The translations under genes were made by a program, and so were the position numbers. The notes beneath the pieces were generated by a model. That model saw only the letters and a program-made list of their open reading frames with translations, did no database searches and was not told where the DNA came from. DNA of 64,000 bases from Psammoneis japonica (Eukaryota), in the NCBI GenBank assembly GCA_008632985.1, contig QPGO01000196.1, positions 62,001 through 126,000 on the forward strand, read 5' to 3'. Of the stretch, positions 1-13,700 are shown piece after piece (the stretch's first letter is position 1; each line of letters opens with the position of its first letter).

Positions 1-2
1 CA

Positions 3-502
3 GAGCATGCACGTCGGCACTCTGGGGAGAATGGGAGTACAGCGCCCAGAATTTCAGCTCTGTTCATTGCAATGTGTGCCAAAGTATGCGAACGCGGCTA
101 CATTCCTTTTGTGGTCGCACCCGTGGAAGCTGACATGCAAGCCGGTCGGGAAACTTAGTCAGCGGTTGTATGATGTGCCATGACTCGGATCATGTTGGGT
201 ACGGCGCAAGGAAGATTCTCATTGTAGACAGCTGGGGAAAGGAAGACCTCAGGTTAATTGATGTGGACACACTGCTCACAGATGATGTGGCAACCAACTA
301 TCCACTTTATGCCGTGATCAAGCGACATGACGTAATTGTCGTGCACCGGTGGGCCGCCGTGATGGGCTGTGACGTGACGGAGAATGGGAGTGGAATCCGT
401 GGCGTTGGACCTGATGGTGGATGTGAAAGCTTAACAACAGAGGATTTTGTGGCTGCTTTGTTGAATTGCTTGGTGGGCAATGCGGCATGTCAAGCAGGAT
501 AA
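3..502 (+). pseudogene. XPG/FEN1/EXO1-family 5' nuclease fragment (XPG-I + H3TH), disrupted
   Basis: Frame 3 reads IPFVVAPVEADMQ, then a stop and frameshift lead to MCHDSDHVGYG and AVMGCD...GIRGVGP. These match the family motifs APxEADAQ / DSD / GCDY..GIG. Confidence 0.7.
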
Positions 503-589
503 GGTCTATGCTATCACAAAGCCGTTGCAATGTGGACTCAGTGTCATCATTGGGGCGTCGGGCGACCCACTCCCAAACCAGCTGCTATC

Positions 590-1200
590 TCTGGGGGTGT
601 GGAAATAAAAGTAACATCATTGGAAAGCTCTCATTCTGTAGATGGTGTTCTAGCTATTGATTGTGTCATAATTTTAAATCTTTCTAAAGCAACGCCTACT
701 CAAGCAAAAGTCACTGGGATTCTGGCGCGCAAGTGCGGGGTCGGCAGGACATGTGGACGAGAATTCGGATCTGTTAGGGGCATGGAAATAAAAATAACAT
801 CATCATAAAGCTCTCGTTCCGTAGATGATGTTATTGCCATTGATTGTGTTATAATTCCAGTTTTTGCTAAAGCAACGCCCACTCAAGCAAAACGCACTGG
901 CATTTTGTGGCGCGCAAGTGCGGGGTCGGTAGGACATGTGGACGAGAATTCGGATCTGTTGGGGGTGTGGAAATAAAAATAACATCATTAGAAAGCTCTT
1001 GTTCTCCAGATGATGTCATTGCCATAGCTTGTGCCATAACTCCAAGTTCTTCTAAAGCAACGCCTGCTTGAGCAAAACGCACCAGGATTTTGGCGCGCAA
1101 CTGCGGGATCGTCGTGACATCTGGATGCCGATTCGGATCTGCTGGGGTCACAGAAATAAATGTCACAACATTGCAAAGCTTTCATTCTATAAATAATGTT
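590..1200. repeat. Diverged tandem repeat, ~183-184 bp period, ~3.3 copies
   Basis: (G)GAAATAAA recurs at ~601, 784, 969 and 1152. GGCGCGCAAGTGCGGG and TTCGGATCTG recur at the same spacing. Confidence 0.85.
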
Positions 1201-1374
1201 TAATCCATTGTAGTTTACATCAAGCGCATCTGAATGGTGACGGCTCGGGCGAGGAAGGCTCGGGCGTGGAAAGCTCAGGCGACAAAAGCTGAGTAAGAAC
1301 AATGCTAAAATAACACTGAGAACATTGCAGTGAATCTAGTTCACCCTTCAAATGCATAGAAGCGGTTCACATAA

Positions 1375-1830
1375 AAGCCATTCCAACTGTTTTTGTTGAG
1401 ATCCAAGTCAAGGTATCGTGCACAATGGACATGACGCGGTTACAGCATCCAGCACGCCGAACAATGAGGATGAGACGCGACATTGGTCACGCTCAACTGC
1501 AAGGATACGTGAAGAAACAATTCAAATGTGCCATGATAGACTGTAATTGTTGTGTAAAAGTCATTCCTGGTGATTTTGTTGAGTTCCATGCGGAGCTATC
1601 GTGAACAATCGTCTCGACGCGGTTCTGGCACGCCCCCGACCACAACGAGGGTGCGACGCGAGATTAATCACGCTCAACTGTAAGCCCAAATAAACAAATG
1701 ATTCAAATACACGACAATGTTCCACAATTGTCATGTACAAGCCATTCCAGGTGATTTTTGTTGAGTCCAAAGTCGAGCTTCAAGCTGCAGGCATCATGCA
1801 CCATCGACATGCGGTTCCCACTTCCCGCTG
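1375..1830. repeat. Second, highly diverged ~180 bp tandem repeat (~2.5 copies)
   Basis: CATTCC...TTTTGTTGAG recurs at ~1379, 1562 and 1743. CACGCTCAACTG recurs at ~1488 and 1669. Confidence 0.6.
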
Positions 1831-2309
1831 CGTGGTCGCTGAGGACAAGTCACCATCCACAACTCAATCCACATCACTCATAAAAGAAACAATGCTTCGA
1901 ACAATAGAGTGTCAACACCTTGCTCTACAACATGACACCACACAAACGACTGTGAGCAAGACAATGGCAGAGGCAACAACCCCAAAAACATCAAAACACG
2001 ACATGGCACCATGTGATGCACAAACACTGCTGAACACAATGAATTTTCTCACCATAATGTCACAATTAGTACACAACAGTCATAGGTCGGCGGTGTGGAG
2101 CCAATCGTCTTCGAAATGAGCGTCGCAGAGACGAACGCCATTTTCACTGTTGGTGATTTTTGAATTTGTGCTCTCGTCGTTGGAAAAGTACCAGAAGCTA
2201 CGGGGCGTGGTCTGATGTCCGCAGGGAGAGTTGCAACAAGAAATTCTGCCCAATGCAATTTCCGCTTGATGTACAGTCTGTCCGCATCCAGGCAAAAATC
2301 TTGAAATGA

Positions 2310-2858
2310 AGAAAGGTCTATGGCAGTGTAGGCAGCAGCCAACATTTCGGCGGTGATGGCTTCATGCTCCCTAATTAGGTAGATAAGGGGTGCGCCAGTA
2401 ACGGCACTGCGGTGGTGGTGCAGTTCGGTCTCCAGTGACTCTTGGAAGGTGGACCAGTCATGTGGATTCTTGAGTTCCATGGCCGTCTTGGTAGCCGATT
2501 CGTCATCCGAGTCTGCTGACTTGAATTGTTCCAGTTCTGTGAGATGTGCCGTCCATGTCCCAATGACGTCACCAGTAAAGGGAGCTGCAGTCGGCTGTTG
2601 ATTCCGGGCTCTGCGGCAGTCAATCCATGCGCGTAGTGCCTTGAACTTGCGATTCGCCAGGTATGGGAAGCGGACTTGGGGGTCAGCGGCGGTGTCCATG
2701 CTCTTCATGATGCCCTTAGTCACATCAGTGATCTCTGCCAAAGGGACCTGTTCCAAGTCCTCAATGGCAGTAAAGCCTTGACCGGCTATGTAGGCACGCG
2801 TCTGCGCATTGTATCCACAACACGTAAGACAAGCGGTAAAGGCTGCGGCAGCGGCCAT
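2310..2858 (-). pseudogene. gag: Truncated gag N-terminus of a second, probably CoDi-like, copia lineage
   Basis: ORF 2049..2858 contains DWSTFQESLETEL...TGAPLIYLIRE, a PLxYxIR motif typical of diatom copia gag. Resemblance is lost after ~TAIDL, and no LTR pair was found. Confidence 0.55.
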
Positions 2859-3099
2859 GGTGTGTCAGTAGTTATTCACGTTTCGACGCGTGAGCATCCA
2901 CTTGTGTGAGTGGAGAAAAGTGAGAAAATGTGTGGTTCTCGTGCCGATTTGGCGGTTTCTACTTAGCGAACCCACGAGCAGGCGATGTTACCCCCAAGCA
3001 ATAATTTCCAACTGACATGTATCCACATGTACAGTGTCTAAGCAGTTTGACAACGTATTTTGATTTATCAAATGTACATGATCAAATGACAGACCTCAA

Positions 3100-3905
3100 T
3101 GCATAAATCATAATGTTATCTCTTTCATGACATTTGCTGCTAAGTCTGTGCATTTGGTGGACACTTCCTTGATCTCGAACCATCCGGTTGCCAGATCGAT
3201 CATAGTGACCGCCCATAATTGCAAGGTGTCCTTTCCGCGTCTTTGGATTTTATAGGGGCCCATCACATCATATCTGTGCATAGAGTCTCCCATGGAATTA
3301 TCTCAGTGACCTTTTCTGGTAGCTTCCCACAATGCTGCATTCGGCATTTTGTCCTCTGGCATAGTTCGCACTTAACGCATGTAGAATGCACCGTAGACCT
3401 CATGCTAGGCCAGTAGAAGTGCTGGGCAATAGATGTTTCTGTATGTGCCTCACCTGGATGACACAGTGTTTTGTGGTGCCATTCAGTTAATGGAACCTGC
3501 AATGACTGTGGCACTGCAATTTTGTCCTTATGACACATTAACTGTTGTGATGACCCCCCCCCCACGATGCGCTCGAATGGAGTAGTCAGACGAGTCCTCA
3601 GCTCATGACAGCTGGCGCTTGTCCTGTTGTTGCTCTTTTTGGATGTGCTTGAAGCTAACAGGCAGAGGTGTGGTGTCTAGCGTGTCTGCATTGAAAGCTT
3701 CATGTAAGGGACAACTCGATGGAGTGTGCTCTACATCCGGATTGGATTCAGAAGGCAAAGGTGGTGCTAGCCAAAGGCGACTAAGAGCATCAGCGACCAG
3801 GTTATGGGTGCCCTTAACACTTCGTAATTCGGGACCGTATTCTTCACATGTGAACTGCCAGTGCATCAGGCGTTCAGCATTGAATGCTCTGTGTAAGATT
3901 TTTAT
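3100..3905 (-). pseudogene. pol: Ty3/gypsy pol fragment (RNase H C-terminus, integrase zinc-binding domain and core start), frameshifted
   Basis: Motifs GTHNLVADALSRL, WHHKTLCHPG..HFYWP..CELCQ, PWETLCTD and TMIDLATGWFEI lie in three frames and resemble the pol of element B. Confidence 0.85.
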
Positions 3906-4132
3906 GATCAGCATGCTACAGAAAGAATAAACAGGCGTCAGATGCCAGTTTCCTGGCGTTTTACCGGTAAAACAATCATGTAGAAAAGCACACAATTTTA
4001 AAAAAGAGATGAGGTTGGATCGAAAAATGTGACAGAGATGCACAAAAACACGACACAACACGACAAGCGACAATGGTGACCATGTGGGGATAAAAACAAT
4101 ATCCACACTAATTTCAGGCATGCTGCAGCAAC

Positions 4133-7100
4133 TGCAGTGTGCGACTGTCACACACACATTTGTGATTGTGTGTCATTCATGTGTCAATCGCACCACAGTC
4201 GTGGATGCGCACAAAGGACAGAACGATCACACAGAGTTGATTGGATGTCGAGAATTGCAAATACGATCGATTGACGATGTTGACATCTTGCGTGTCAATG
4301 GCAATCGCATCCGGACAATCTGTTGTCACGAACATGTTCTCCGAAAGGCCTTTTGTCTGTAGAAGCAGTGCAGAAGCTTTAGGCCATTGAGAACTCGTTC
4401 GGAGAAACCAAAAATCATAGAGCAAAATTTAATCTCATAATTTCCACTTTTCGTACACTATTCTACTTTCGTTTACACTCGTTCTTCGAGCATAGTGCAT
4501 TGTGTATACACACCACAGAAGGTAAAAAGCATGGAAAATGAAGATTTTAACTAATGTGCCTTTGTAAATTCTTCTATAAACAGGAGCGAATCGCATCAGT
4601 TCTGCTGGAATCGATTTCCGAGCGGAAGAAGCTCAATCCGAGCAGTGCCTCAAGATGGAACGCTGTTTTTCGTCTACCAGACAAGAGGATTCGCTCTAAT
4701 ACGGTCTATTCCAAGCACCCAAGGATCAAGGGCTCTCAAGTACACCGCATTATCAAAAAATCTACACCAAGTCATGGTTGCAGAGAATGCAAGTTCCGAG
4801 TCGATCAGATCCGAGAAATACGTCTACCATGCAAGGAGAGACTATTGGAGAGTTTTTTGAGACCGAATCGATGATCCTCGAGTCCAAGGAGCAAGAGGGA
4901 ATCGTCGGAAAGTACCTCAAGCGTCTCATAACTCATGTCCTCCGAGGAAATGCACTTCAGAATCAGGGAAATTATTTTCAAGACGACCTGAAGAAACCAG
5001 AGCTGCTTGACAGCAAGAAAGCCTCTGTTAGACCCAAGAGGTCAATGATGAGAGTCTATGCGACCCTCAGATGGATTCTAAGTCGAATCTAGCGGGAAAC
5101 CGAGCGCTGATTTCTCAGCTATCACTCACACCGCAAGGATGGCAGCATCAGTCTACTGTCCAAAACAATCAACTATTGCAACTCATCCTTGATGAGCTGA
5201 TTAAGTTTTGAGTCATCTAAAGGTCGTTCATGACGTCCGTGACGAAAAAACATATCAACTCAGGCTCTGATAGCGCAGTTGGTTCCAAAATAAAAAAGGT
5301 TCCAAATTTGGTTCCAAAAATGGTCTCCCACATGGTGCCAGAACAATCCAAAGTGAATGCAAGGTCTTATCTTTGAAAAAAGAACACCTACATCACGGAT
5401 TGAAGCTATTCTAAAAATGAACTAGCAAAAGAGTGCAAGGGTGACTCTGAAAGAGACCCAAAAATGCGCCGTTCAAATGGCAATCGCATGCGGTCACGTC
5501 GCGATAACGAAAATGCCGCTCGCAAAAAAAGAGATGAACGTCATGATTGATCAGGCGGTTCAAAAAATACTCAAAGCGAGTTCCTTGAACAAAGAAAAAG
5601 AGCATAAGGGCAAAGAATCAGATTCTGATACCCTCAGTGAAGAAAAATACCAATTTGATCGGATGATCCAGACTGAATCCGAAGAATAATTTTGGTCTAT
5701 TCACGAATTATATGCTTTACTGGATATTAGGAAGCCTAGAAAAAAGGCAGAAATAATTCATACTAGTCCAGGAGTCATCATTTATATGAATACTTCCTTG
5801 GGAAAGGAGAAAAAAAAAAGCATCTACGTGTTCCTATCGATAACGGAACATCGTCAACCATAATTTTGCGCAAATTCGTGCGAAAGTTGAGAACACAAGA
5901 ATCCGCCACCAAAAACTTGGGAAACCAAGGGTGAGCTCTTTACGACTGATAGTAAACACCGAATTCAGTTCTCACTATGCGAAATTTAAGGCATACTGAT
6001 GTTCAAACAGTATATGTTGAAAACACCAAATTTTCTTCAGGTTCAAATGATATGATCATGGGACGCGACTTAATGTCCAGTCCTGCAAGTCATATTGGAC
6101 TACGCAAATGCAGAAATCTAATGGGAAGAAGCAATTACCTTATGAAGAATGTTCATACACTCTTCGATGCCGATGTTTTCAAGCTGAAAACCGATCACAT
6201 TGAAAAATATGACGCCGTGAATAGAGTTAATAACGGAACCAATGGTCCTCGACTCACATTGTCACGCCATCGATCTTAATCAAGTGACAACTACGGCGAT
6301 GCATCTAACCCAAATGAACACAACCAACTCAATCTTCTTCTTAAGAGGTTGAAATCGTTTTGAAAAGTTCCTCAGACGAATGTATGGGAAGCATCAGTGG
6401 ATCTCATCGTGGAAAATCTGACGCGATTCCACGACGCGTGAGAACCTTCTCCTATCATAGTCTTTGGAGGCGTCCAATCAAAAGGAGTTTGACCTATTAT
6501 GAAAGATTGAAGTCTTAAGAATGAAATTACTCTGAATAAGTCGCTCTGAGACTCATTGTCTAAAGAAAACAGGTCGAGTTCGACCGTATCCGACACTCAG
6601 AAGCTTAGTATAAGGTTCATACAGGTGGTGTATCCTTTACCCAATATTCAGGAAATACTATTGAAGCAAGAACGTTTCATATATGTAATCTATTTGATTC
6701 AAACATGGAATGCCACCATGTCAAATAAAAAAAAGCACACGTCGTGCTCACACGAAAATCATGCCGTGGGGAGAAAATGAGTACTATGGACTTCCAATGA
6801 GAATCTATAGAGCCCCAGATATTTTTATACAACACTTGAGTGAACTCATAACAGGTTTGAAGTTGTCAGAACGACTATATGTGATCGTTTGTGCCTGACA
6901 AAAGTAACTTCAAAATATCACCTGTACAAGCAACAGCTTAATACGGCATTCAAACGACTAGAACAGTCGCTTAGAAGGTTAACAACAAAAGTCCTTCACT
7001 ATTTAACTTGAAATAAACTATCAAGACTTCCATACGTAACGATATGCAATCGATTACAAAGAAAATGGAGGCGATTCAAGCAATCGCAACACGAGAAAAA

Positions 7101-8856
7101 CGTAAAGAACACTACGACATCTCGTTGTCATACGTTACTATTATCGAGACATGTAGTCTCAACGATCTCCTGTACAATACTAGCCAAATTCACCTCAATA
7201 AAGGTCAAACGGCAAAAGTACAAGTACGGAACGAAAAGTCTCCGAAAATATGGAGCGTATCAAATCAAAAACTATATTGTTATCATACACGGATTTCAAT
7301 ATTATACGTTACAACGGAAAAAAGAACTTCTGTCCATAGTGAAAACACTTATAAAATTCCGAAATATACTGTTTGGCCAACAGATTTATACATATACGGA
7401 TCATAAGACAAAACGGACAAAGTCATACGTTGACAACTTCAGTCCCGAATTAGAATACAACGAGGGCAAGGCGAACATCGTCGCGATAGACGCGATCAGC
7501 CGACTTACTATAGAAAATTGAATCCTACGACAATGTCCTACCGTTAAAACGGGATAAAGACATTCCCTCCAAATTGTCGGACGCGACATATCATACGAAC
7601 ACTTTTTGTGGAGGCGAGCGAGATCGAAAAATGCTCATGTCACAAGGATAAAATCGCCTTTTTAAAAGGACGATTTAGGAAAAAACAGTGACAGATTGGC
7701 ACACATTATACGTATCCACTTCACACTGGCAAAAGACAATCTCACAACACCCGTACGGTTGTATTGTACAATGTACGAGGCAAGACATTAAAACACACAT
7801 CATGTCGACACACGAGATGTGCCAAAGATCTAGAAAAAGAAAAAATTGACATTTATCCACTTAGTGCACGAAACCAGTGCCTTCGGAATGACAAAATAAC
7901 ACCGGTATGTCAGAAAGAAACGTCCAAATAATGATTAAAATCCAACTGATAGATGGTTGAAGTACAAAAAAAAAAATCCATAATGGAATTCATAACCATC
8001 ACAGGATTGATTATCAAGACGAAATGGTCATAATATCTTTGACCATCGTTTATTATTACTTATGAAACGTGGTAGTGCAGCAGAGCAATATGGCATATAA
8101 AGTAAGCCCGCCAAACTACATGAAATCCACAAGTAAGTAAGTGAACGCCATAATTAAGAGCGTACATTAAGTGCTGGGCACGATGCCATGTACAATCGAC
8201 ATCAGGAAAAACACTTACTCCAGGACAATTAGTCCTTGTGTTCATGTCAACAAGAACGTCAATGAGAGTGCTCGACGTAATGCTGTGTGTGTACATGTTA
8301 AGTGAGAAACAAACAATGTCACTCTCAAAAGACATTCGGAAATTGGAACGGCCCCATGTTGCCCACACAAAACAACAACAGTCATTGCCAATGGCACAAT
8401 GCAGTGAAAGTGGAGACATTATTGACACTGTCGATGTCCGTCGAATGATCCACTTACAAATGACTCTAATGTGCAATTAGGGAGGCGAATGCAGTGTGTG
8501 ACTGTCACACACACATTTGTGATTGTGTGTCATTCATGTGTCAATCGCACCACAGTCGTGGATGCGCACAAAGGACAGAACGATCACACAGAGTTGATCA
8601 GATGTCGAGAATTGCAAATACGATTGATTGACGATGTTGACATCTTGCGTGTCAATGGCAATCGCATCCGGACAATCTGTTGTCACGAACATGTTCTCCG
8701 AAAGGCCTTTTGTCTGTAGAAGCAGTGCAGAAGCTTTAGGCCATTGAGAACTCGTTCGGAGAAACCAAAAATCATAGAGCAAAATTTAATCTCATAATTT
8801 CCACTTTTCGTACACTATTCTACTTTTGTTTACACTCGTTCTTCGAGCATAGTGCA
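4133..8856 (+). mobile_element. Non-autonomous gypsy LTR element N1 (decayed relative of element B)
   Basis: 367 bp LTRs at 4133-4499 and 8490-8856 (TGCA...TGCA, near-identical). TSD CAAC at 4129-4132 and 8857-8860. PPT AGGGAGGCGAA precedes the 3' LTR. The interior holds only fragmented gag/pol remnants (MIMGRDLMSS, YPLPNIQ, IYTDHK-like). Confidence 0.93.
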
Positions 8857-9344
8857 CAACGACATAAACATGACAAGTGTAGCTGATACAATGTTTGGCT
8901 CACTTGTGTCTATCTAATGGCTCTAATCGATCATTCGAGATGATGCCATTGTCATCAATATCCTGTATTGTTGCTATGCGTAATTCACGTAGAAAATTGC
9001 AAAAAAAGCCATTGACAACGATGCTCTGAAATCAACCACAAACTGCATCCAGAGTCAACATGGGCGCACATCTATACTTGTTGCTCGCCACAAGACACAT
9101 ATAATGCGTTTTGTCTCACAAAAATTAGTCAATAGCGTCACCGGCGGCACGCCATTGTCAGCATCGAATGCCGTACAAAAAGCACGGGGACAACGGAAAT
9201 CGACTTCTTCTGTCGCATTTGTCTGTCTGTCGCCCATTTGTCTCGTAGAATCTACGAGAAAGTTCCCATACATTTTACGGTCTGTCCATGCTTCATCTGA
9301 CGCTTGTTTATTCCTGACAACCATTTATTCTGCGCGTACGGTAT

Positions 9345-9830
9345 TATATCGTGTGATGACCAAGGAGCATCGTTCGAAATTCTTTCAATGTCTCCACAAT
9401 GGCGAGCAATTCTGTCTTCGTTGTTGGATAATTTAATTGCGCACTATTAAGCTTTCTGCTATAAAATGCGATTGGTTTATTATCCTGGGATATAACTGCT
9501 CCCAATTGATATTTAGAGGCATTGCTGTGTATCTCAAATGGTTTATTAAAATCGGTGTGTGTTAATAAATAACACATCTTCTGAGAGTATCTTTTTAACG
9601 GTTTCAAACGCCTCATCTTCAACGGACGTCCATTCCCACTTAACAGTCTCGCTAACGAGTCGTGTTAGTGGAGCCAAGACTTCAGAACATCTAATCCACG
9701 TGTCGCGGCAGCAGTTTACTATACCTGTAAATGAGCGCAGGTCGCGCTTATTTGTAGGCTTCGCGATGCGTTTAATGGCGTCGACTTTTGTACTGTAGCA
9801 GGTATTGGCCGTATGGCTGGTATTTTGCTG
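9345..9830 (-). pseudogene. pol: Gypsy RT connection/RNase H fragment
   Basis: Reads DFNKPFEIHSNASKYQLGAVISQDNKPIAFYSRKLN...ELLAIVETLKEFR. Confidence 0.85.
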
Positions 9831-9986
9831 TCGCTATGTGGAGTGGGATTCTACGTAATCTAGTGTATAAAATGTAATTAGCTCTCAAATGTTGACAGTG
9901 AGCAAGATCAACCGTTATATCTTTGTCCCCGTACAAATTCTACAGCGGCTACATGATTTCGAAAATTCATGCAATGCTTCGAAGCA

Positions 9987-10500
9987 TTACAACATCGCCT
10001 TTGGCGATGCTGTTGATGCAAACTTGAAAGCAAAAGCAACAGTACACCGGTGCATCTTGTCAAGTGCAACGGGTCCAAATGTCACAGACCTCCCAGTTGG
10101 GAGTGGGTCCAAATTCATGGACCCTCTTTGTGTCCTCAACACATCCATTGTCAGTTGCATGGTAAGCCTGAGTGTGCCGTGGTGCTCTCTTTGCAAACTT
10201 ATGTGTGTGCTTGACAACACCTCATCCAACAAGCAGTGCCTAACCAATTTCTTGACATTCTCTTTTCCTATTTTCTGCGACAGGAAAAGGTTTCGATACT
10301 TACCTTTTGCACAAGCCCGAAGATATTCTGTGCATTCCCATGCCAATTCAGAATGGCATTTTGGAGTCAAGACCATGTGCACTCCCATGCGATGTGCGTG
10401 ATGCTGAAGCAGCATAGTTCCTTTTCGAGATATCTACACAAGAGGCAAGTATCTCCACAGGAAGAGTGTGCAATGAAGTGCTGTTACATTTTGAATTGTG
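9987..10500 (-). pseudogene. C-terminal fragment of an IS630/Tc1-like DDE transposase
   Basis: VLTPKCHSELA...EY...AKGKYR resembles the PKxHxEL..IE..W..AK..YR motif around the third catalytic residue. The fragment ends at the copia LTR. Confidence 0.5.
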
Positions 10501-10737
10501 AAATATAACAGAAAATGAAGATGACTGGGTGGAAGAAAACAACAACTCCTCACTGCTGTCTAAACAGCAGATGAGTCTCCATGCAGAGACCGTTACAGGA
10601 GCCGAAAGACTGGTGTCGTGACATCGGTGCTACTGTTATTATTCTTGTGAGCCGAGTGGCTCGAAAGCAAACTACATTGTGCGACGCACGCGGAACTAAG
10701 AGCACACATAATTATGTGTGATAAACTAAAATCTTGT

Positions 10738-13700
10738 TCAAATCCTGTCACTCCCCAGTTTGCTTGAGGGGTCAACAGCGATAGATTCAAAGTCGGATTG
10801 GTTGAAAGCCTTGGGGTCGAAGTTCCAAAACATTAGAGGATGAAGGAGGTTCCAGATTTGGGAGTAACCCCAATGCTTGCTGAGGATGTCAGCCGGGTTG
10901 TGGGAGCCTTCGATAAAATGAAACTCGAGGAAACTGGAGGCAATCGCCTCACGTACACGATGGAATGAGAGGGCAGTGTGTCGCTTGTGTAACTTGGAGT
11001 GCGGGATGGTGGCACTGTCCACAACTGACTTGTTGTCCCCAAACATGTAAAATGTTTCACGAATGGGAACACCAAGGTAACGTAAAGTGATGCGCAGATC
11101 AATGATCTGCTCAACGCACGTCCTTGCGGCAACAAACTCGGATCCATGCACAGTGGTCTCAACTGTTGCTTGTTTCTTAGAGAACCAATCAGCCAGAAAC
11201 TTGTTGAGGAAATGGAGGATGCCGGTGACAGAGCGTCCAGTGAGCATGCAATGGAACAAGTTTGCATCAACGTAGTGTGTGGTGGTGATGAACTTGCCAA
11301 GCGGCTTGGGTGCATCTTGCGGGAGCAGCTCTTCTACCTCCCCATACACAGATTGAGCCCAGTCATACACGGGCTTAGGGAGGTCCGAATAGTCGGGCTC
11401 CTTGGTGCGCACTCGGAGGGCGCCATGATGCATCTTGGAGAGGAATCCGCAGATGCGTTTGGCACGGTCTAGGTGGCCTTGGCGGGGCGCTGCACGGAAG
11501 CTAGACAGGGACATGACAGCCGTAGTAATGTTGATGCGACCTAGAGACACGGCCCATTGCAGGGATCCAATCAAGGATTGGAGTTGGTGGATGCCCTCCG
11601 GTTTGAGTAATTCGGAGGTGTCGAGCTCAGGGTGGTCACCCTTGTCAAGGGGTGAAAGCACATCAGTGCGGGGCTTCTCCCCAAAGAGACACGCGCAGTT
11701 GTCAACCATGCGCTCAATGTGCTTGCGGGGAGCAAGGCACAGGGTGCCGTCTGGGTCACGGGTGAAGTCGCAGCCAAGATAGAACTCCAATGGTCCAGTG
11801 CCCTTGAGATTGAACTTGCATTTCTCCATGAGGGTGTCTGCAAAAGCCTGGGGGTCCTTCATGGCGAAGGCTAGGTCATCCACATACACTGCCATGTATT
11901 CGTAGTGGTCACCATTCCTGCACAGCCAGATGTCGGGTTTGGCTTTGCATGGGAAGAAGCCTTCAGCACGCAAGCAATTGGCAAAGTGTTCATGCCATCT
12001 GAGGCCGGAGCTGCGGAGTCCATACAATGCCTTGTGGATGACAAGGATGTGTCCTTCCAGGTCGCCGAACTCGGGGCCTGCTATGATGTACAGTTTCTCC
12101 TTGGTCGTAGCTTTGAGGTAGGCATTCCCAATGTCAGTGGCCCAGGTCTCTAGTTCATTGAGTTCGGCCAGGAAGATCATCATTTGCAGGCCACGGAGAG
12201 ACACTACTCCGGAATGGACACTGTCGACGGGCACGTCTGTGAGGTGTCCATCGGCAACAAGCCTTGCTTTGTGCCGTCCGTCATGTTTGACGTCATAGAC
12301 GAGATGCACCCAGATCTTCTTGTGTCCTGATGGAGCACTGGAATCCTTGTGGTGTCCGCAGTCGTGGAAGACCTCGTACTCATCAAGCTGAGTCATCTCA
12401 AGGTCCCTTGCGTCTCCCCACTTGCAGTTGCCGTTGCACTCATCAAGGGCCATGGCATGCTTGTAGTCTTGTGGGACTTCATGCCCATGCTTGTATCGTG
12501 GCGCAGTGCGAAAGGAGCGTAACTTGGCTTGGTTGGCCATGCGGAATGGCTTCTTCTGATGAAGGGCTATCTTGCGAAAACGTATCCATCCTTCGGTTTC
12601 TAGAAGGCCGTGCTCACGCGCGTAGACAGCACAGGTGACGGGGTCGTCCTTGGCAATGATGGCAAGAGGTTCGGACGTAATCTCCCCATTCTCCCATTCA
12701 AGCATGACGTTGTAGCTTGAGCCTTTCCAAGAGGGATCATGGGGTCGCAATGGTCCTTCGTGCAACACGATGCGTCGAAACTTCCAGAGGGTGGTGTCCT
12801 CATCTTCTTGCTCAATGTGGTGCATGATGTTGTTGTAGGCTAGGACTTCCTCGTATTCGTCATTGTTGACAGAGCAAATGAACTTGACCAATTCAGGGTT
12901 GTCTCCGATTTTCCAGTCGTGGTCCTCAACAGCTTTGACGATGCAGGCTCTGTGGCGTTGTCCATCCTCTTGTGGCTTCATGAGGAAGGTGTGTCCGATG
13001 ACATCCTCGGGGTCAAAGACCGGCATTTTGGGCATCCTGATCGCCTCCCCATCTGGTGAATCTGGCAAATCCTCAGAGTCGTGACGGGATTTAATGACAG
13101 GTTTAGCAGATTTCTTATCAGGAGGATCAAGACGCAGGTTTGGAGCAGACGGATCACGGGCAGAGCACACGTTGGAACGGTGGATAATCTTCTGAGTGTC
13201 ATCAGAAAGAATCTTGAACGTCATTTGGTGACCAACGTGTTCAGCGATGCCAATGAAGTGACCATGTAATTCACGGGATTTGGATGGCCAGTCGGAATCA
13301 TCCAGGTGGCAGCACACGTGTTCCCACCATTGAAAACGGAGGAGCGGGCTGATGTCGGGAGTAGAGCCGGACAGCACTTCGGTGGGAGTACACCAGTGGA
13401 GCTTGGCAGACACCGTGTGGTTGAGCACGAAGCACATGTACATCAGGGCGAGTAGCCAGGTGTAAGCCGGAGACCCAAAGCAATCCATGATGGTGTTGGC
13501 CATGGTCTTCACAGTTTGGCAGTGGCATTCAGCAAAATTCTGAAGCTGTTGGTGAGGCTTGCTTTGCCAACTAGAGATGAAGAGGGCACGAAGGATGCCA
13601 AGAACCTTGTTGCTGATCTCAACCTGAGCACGGTTGCTGATGAGCTTGGACGGGGCACCATGATTACGAATGTTGTCTTCGAGGGTGTTGACAAATTCTT

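Noticed and set aside
4084..4425. Recurrent short ORFs (..GQNDHTELIG..RTICCH..RKAFCL) seen many times in the ORF track
   Set aside because: They are translations of the repeated B/N LTR, not genes.
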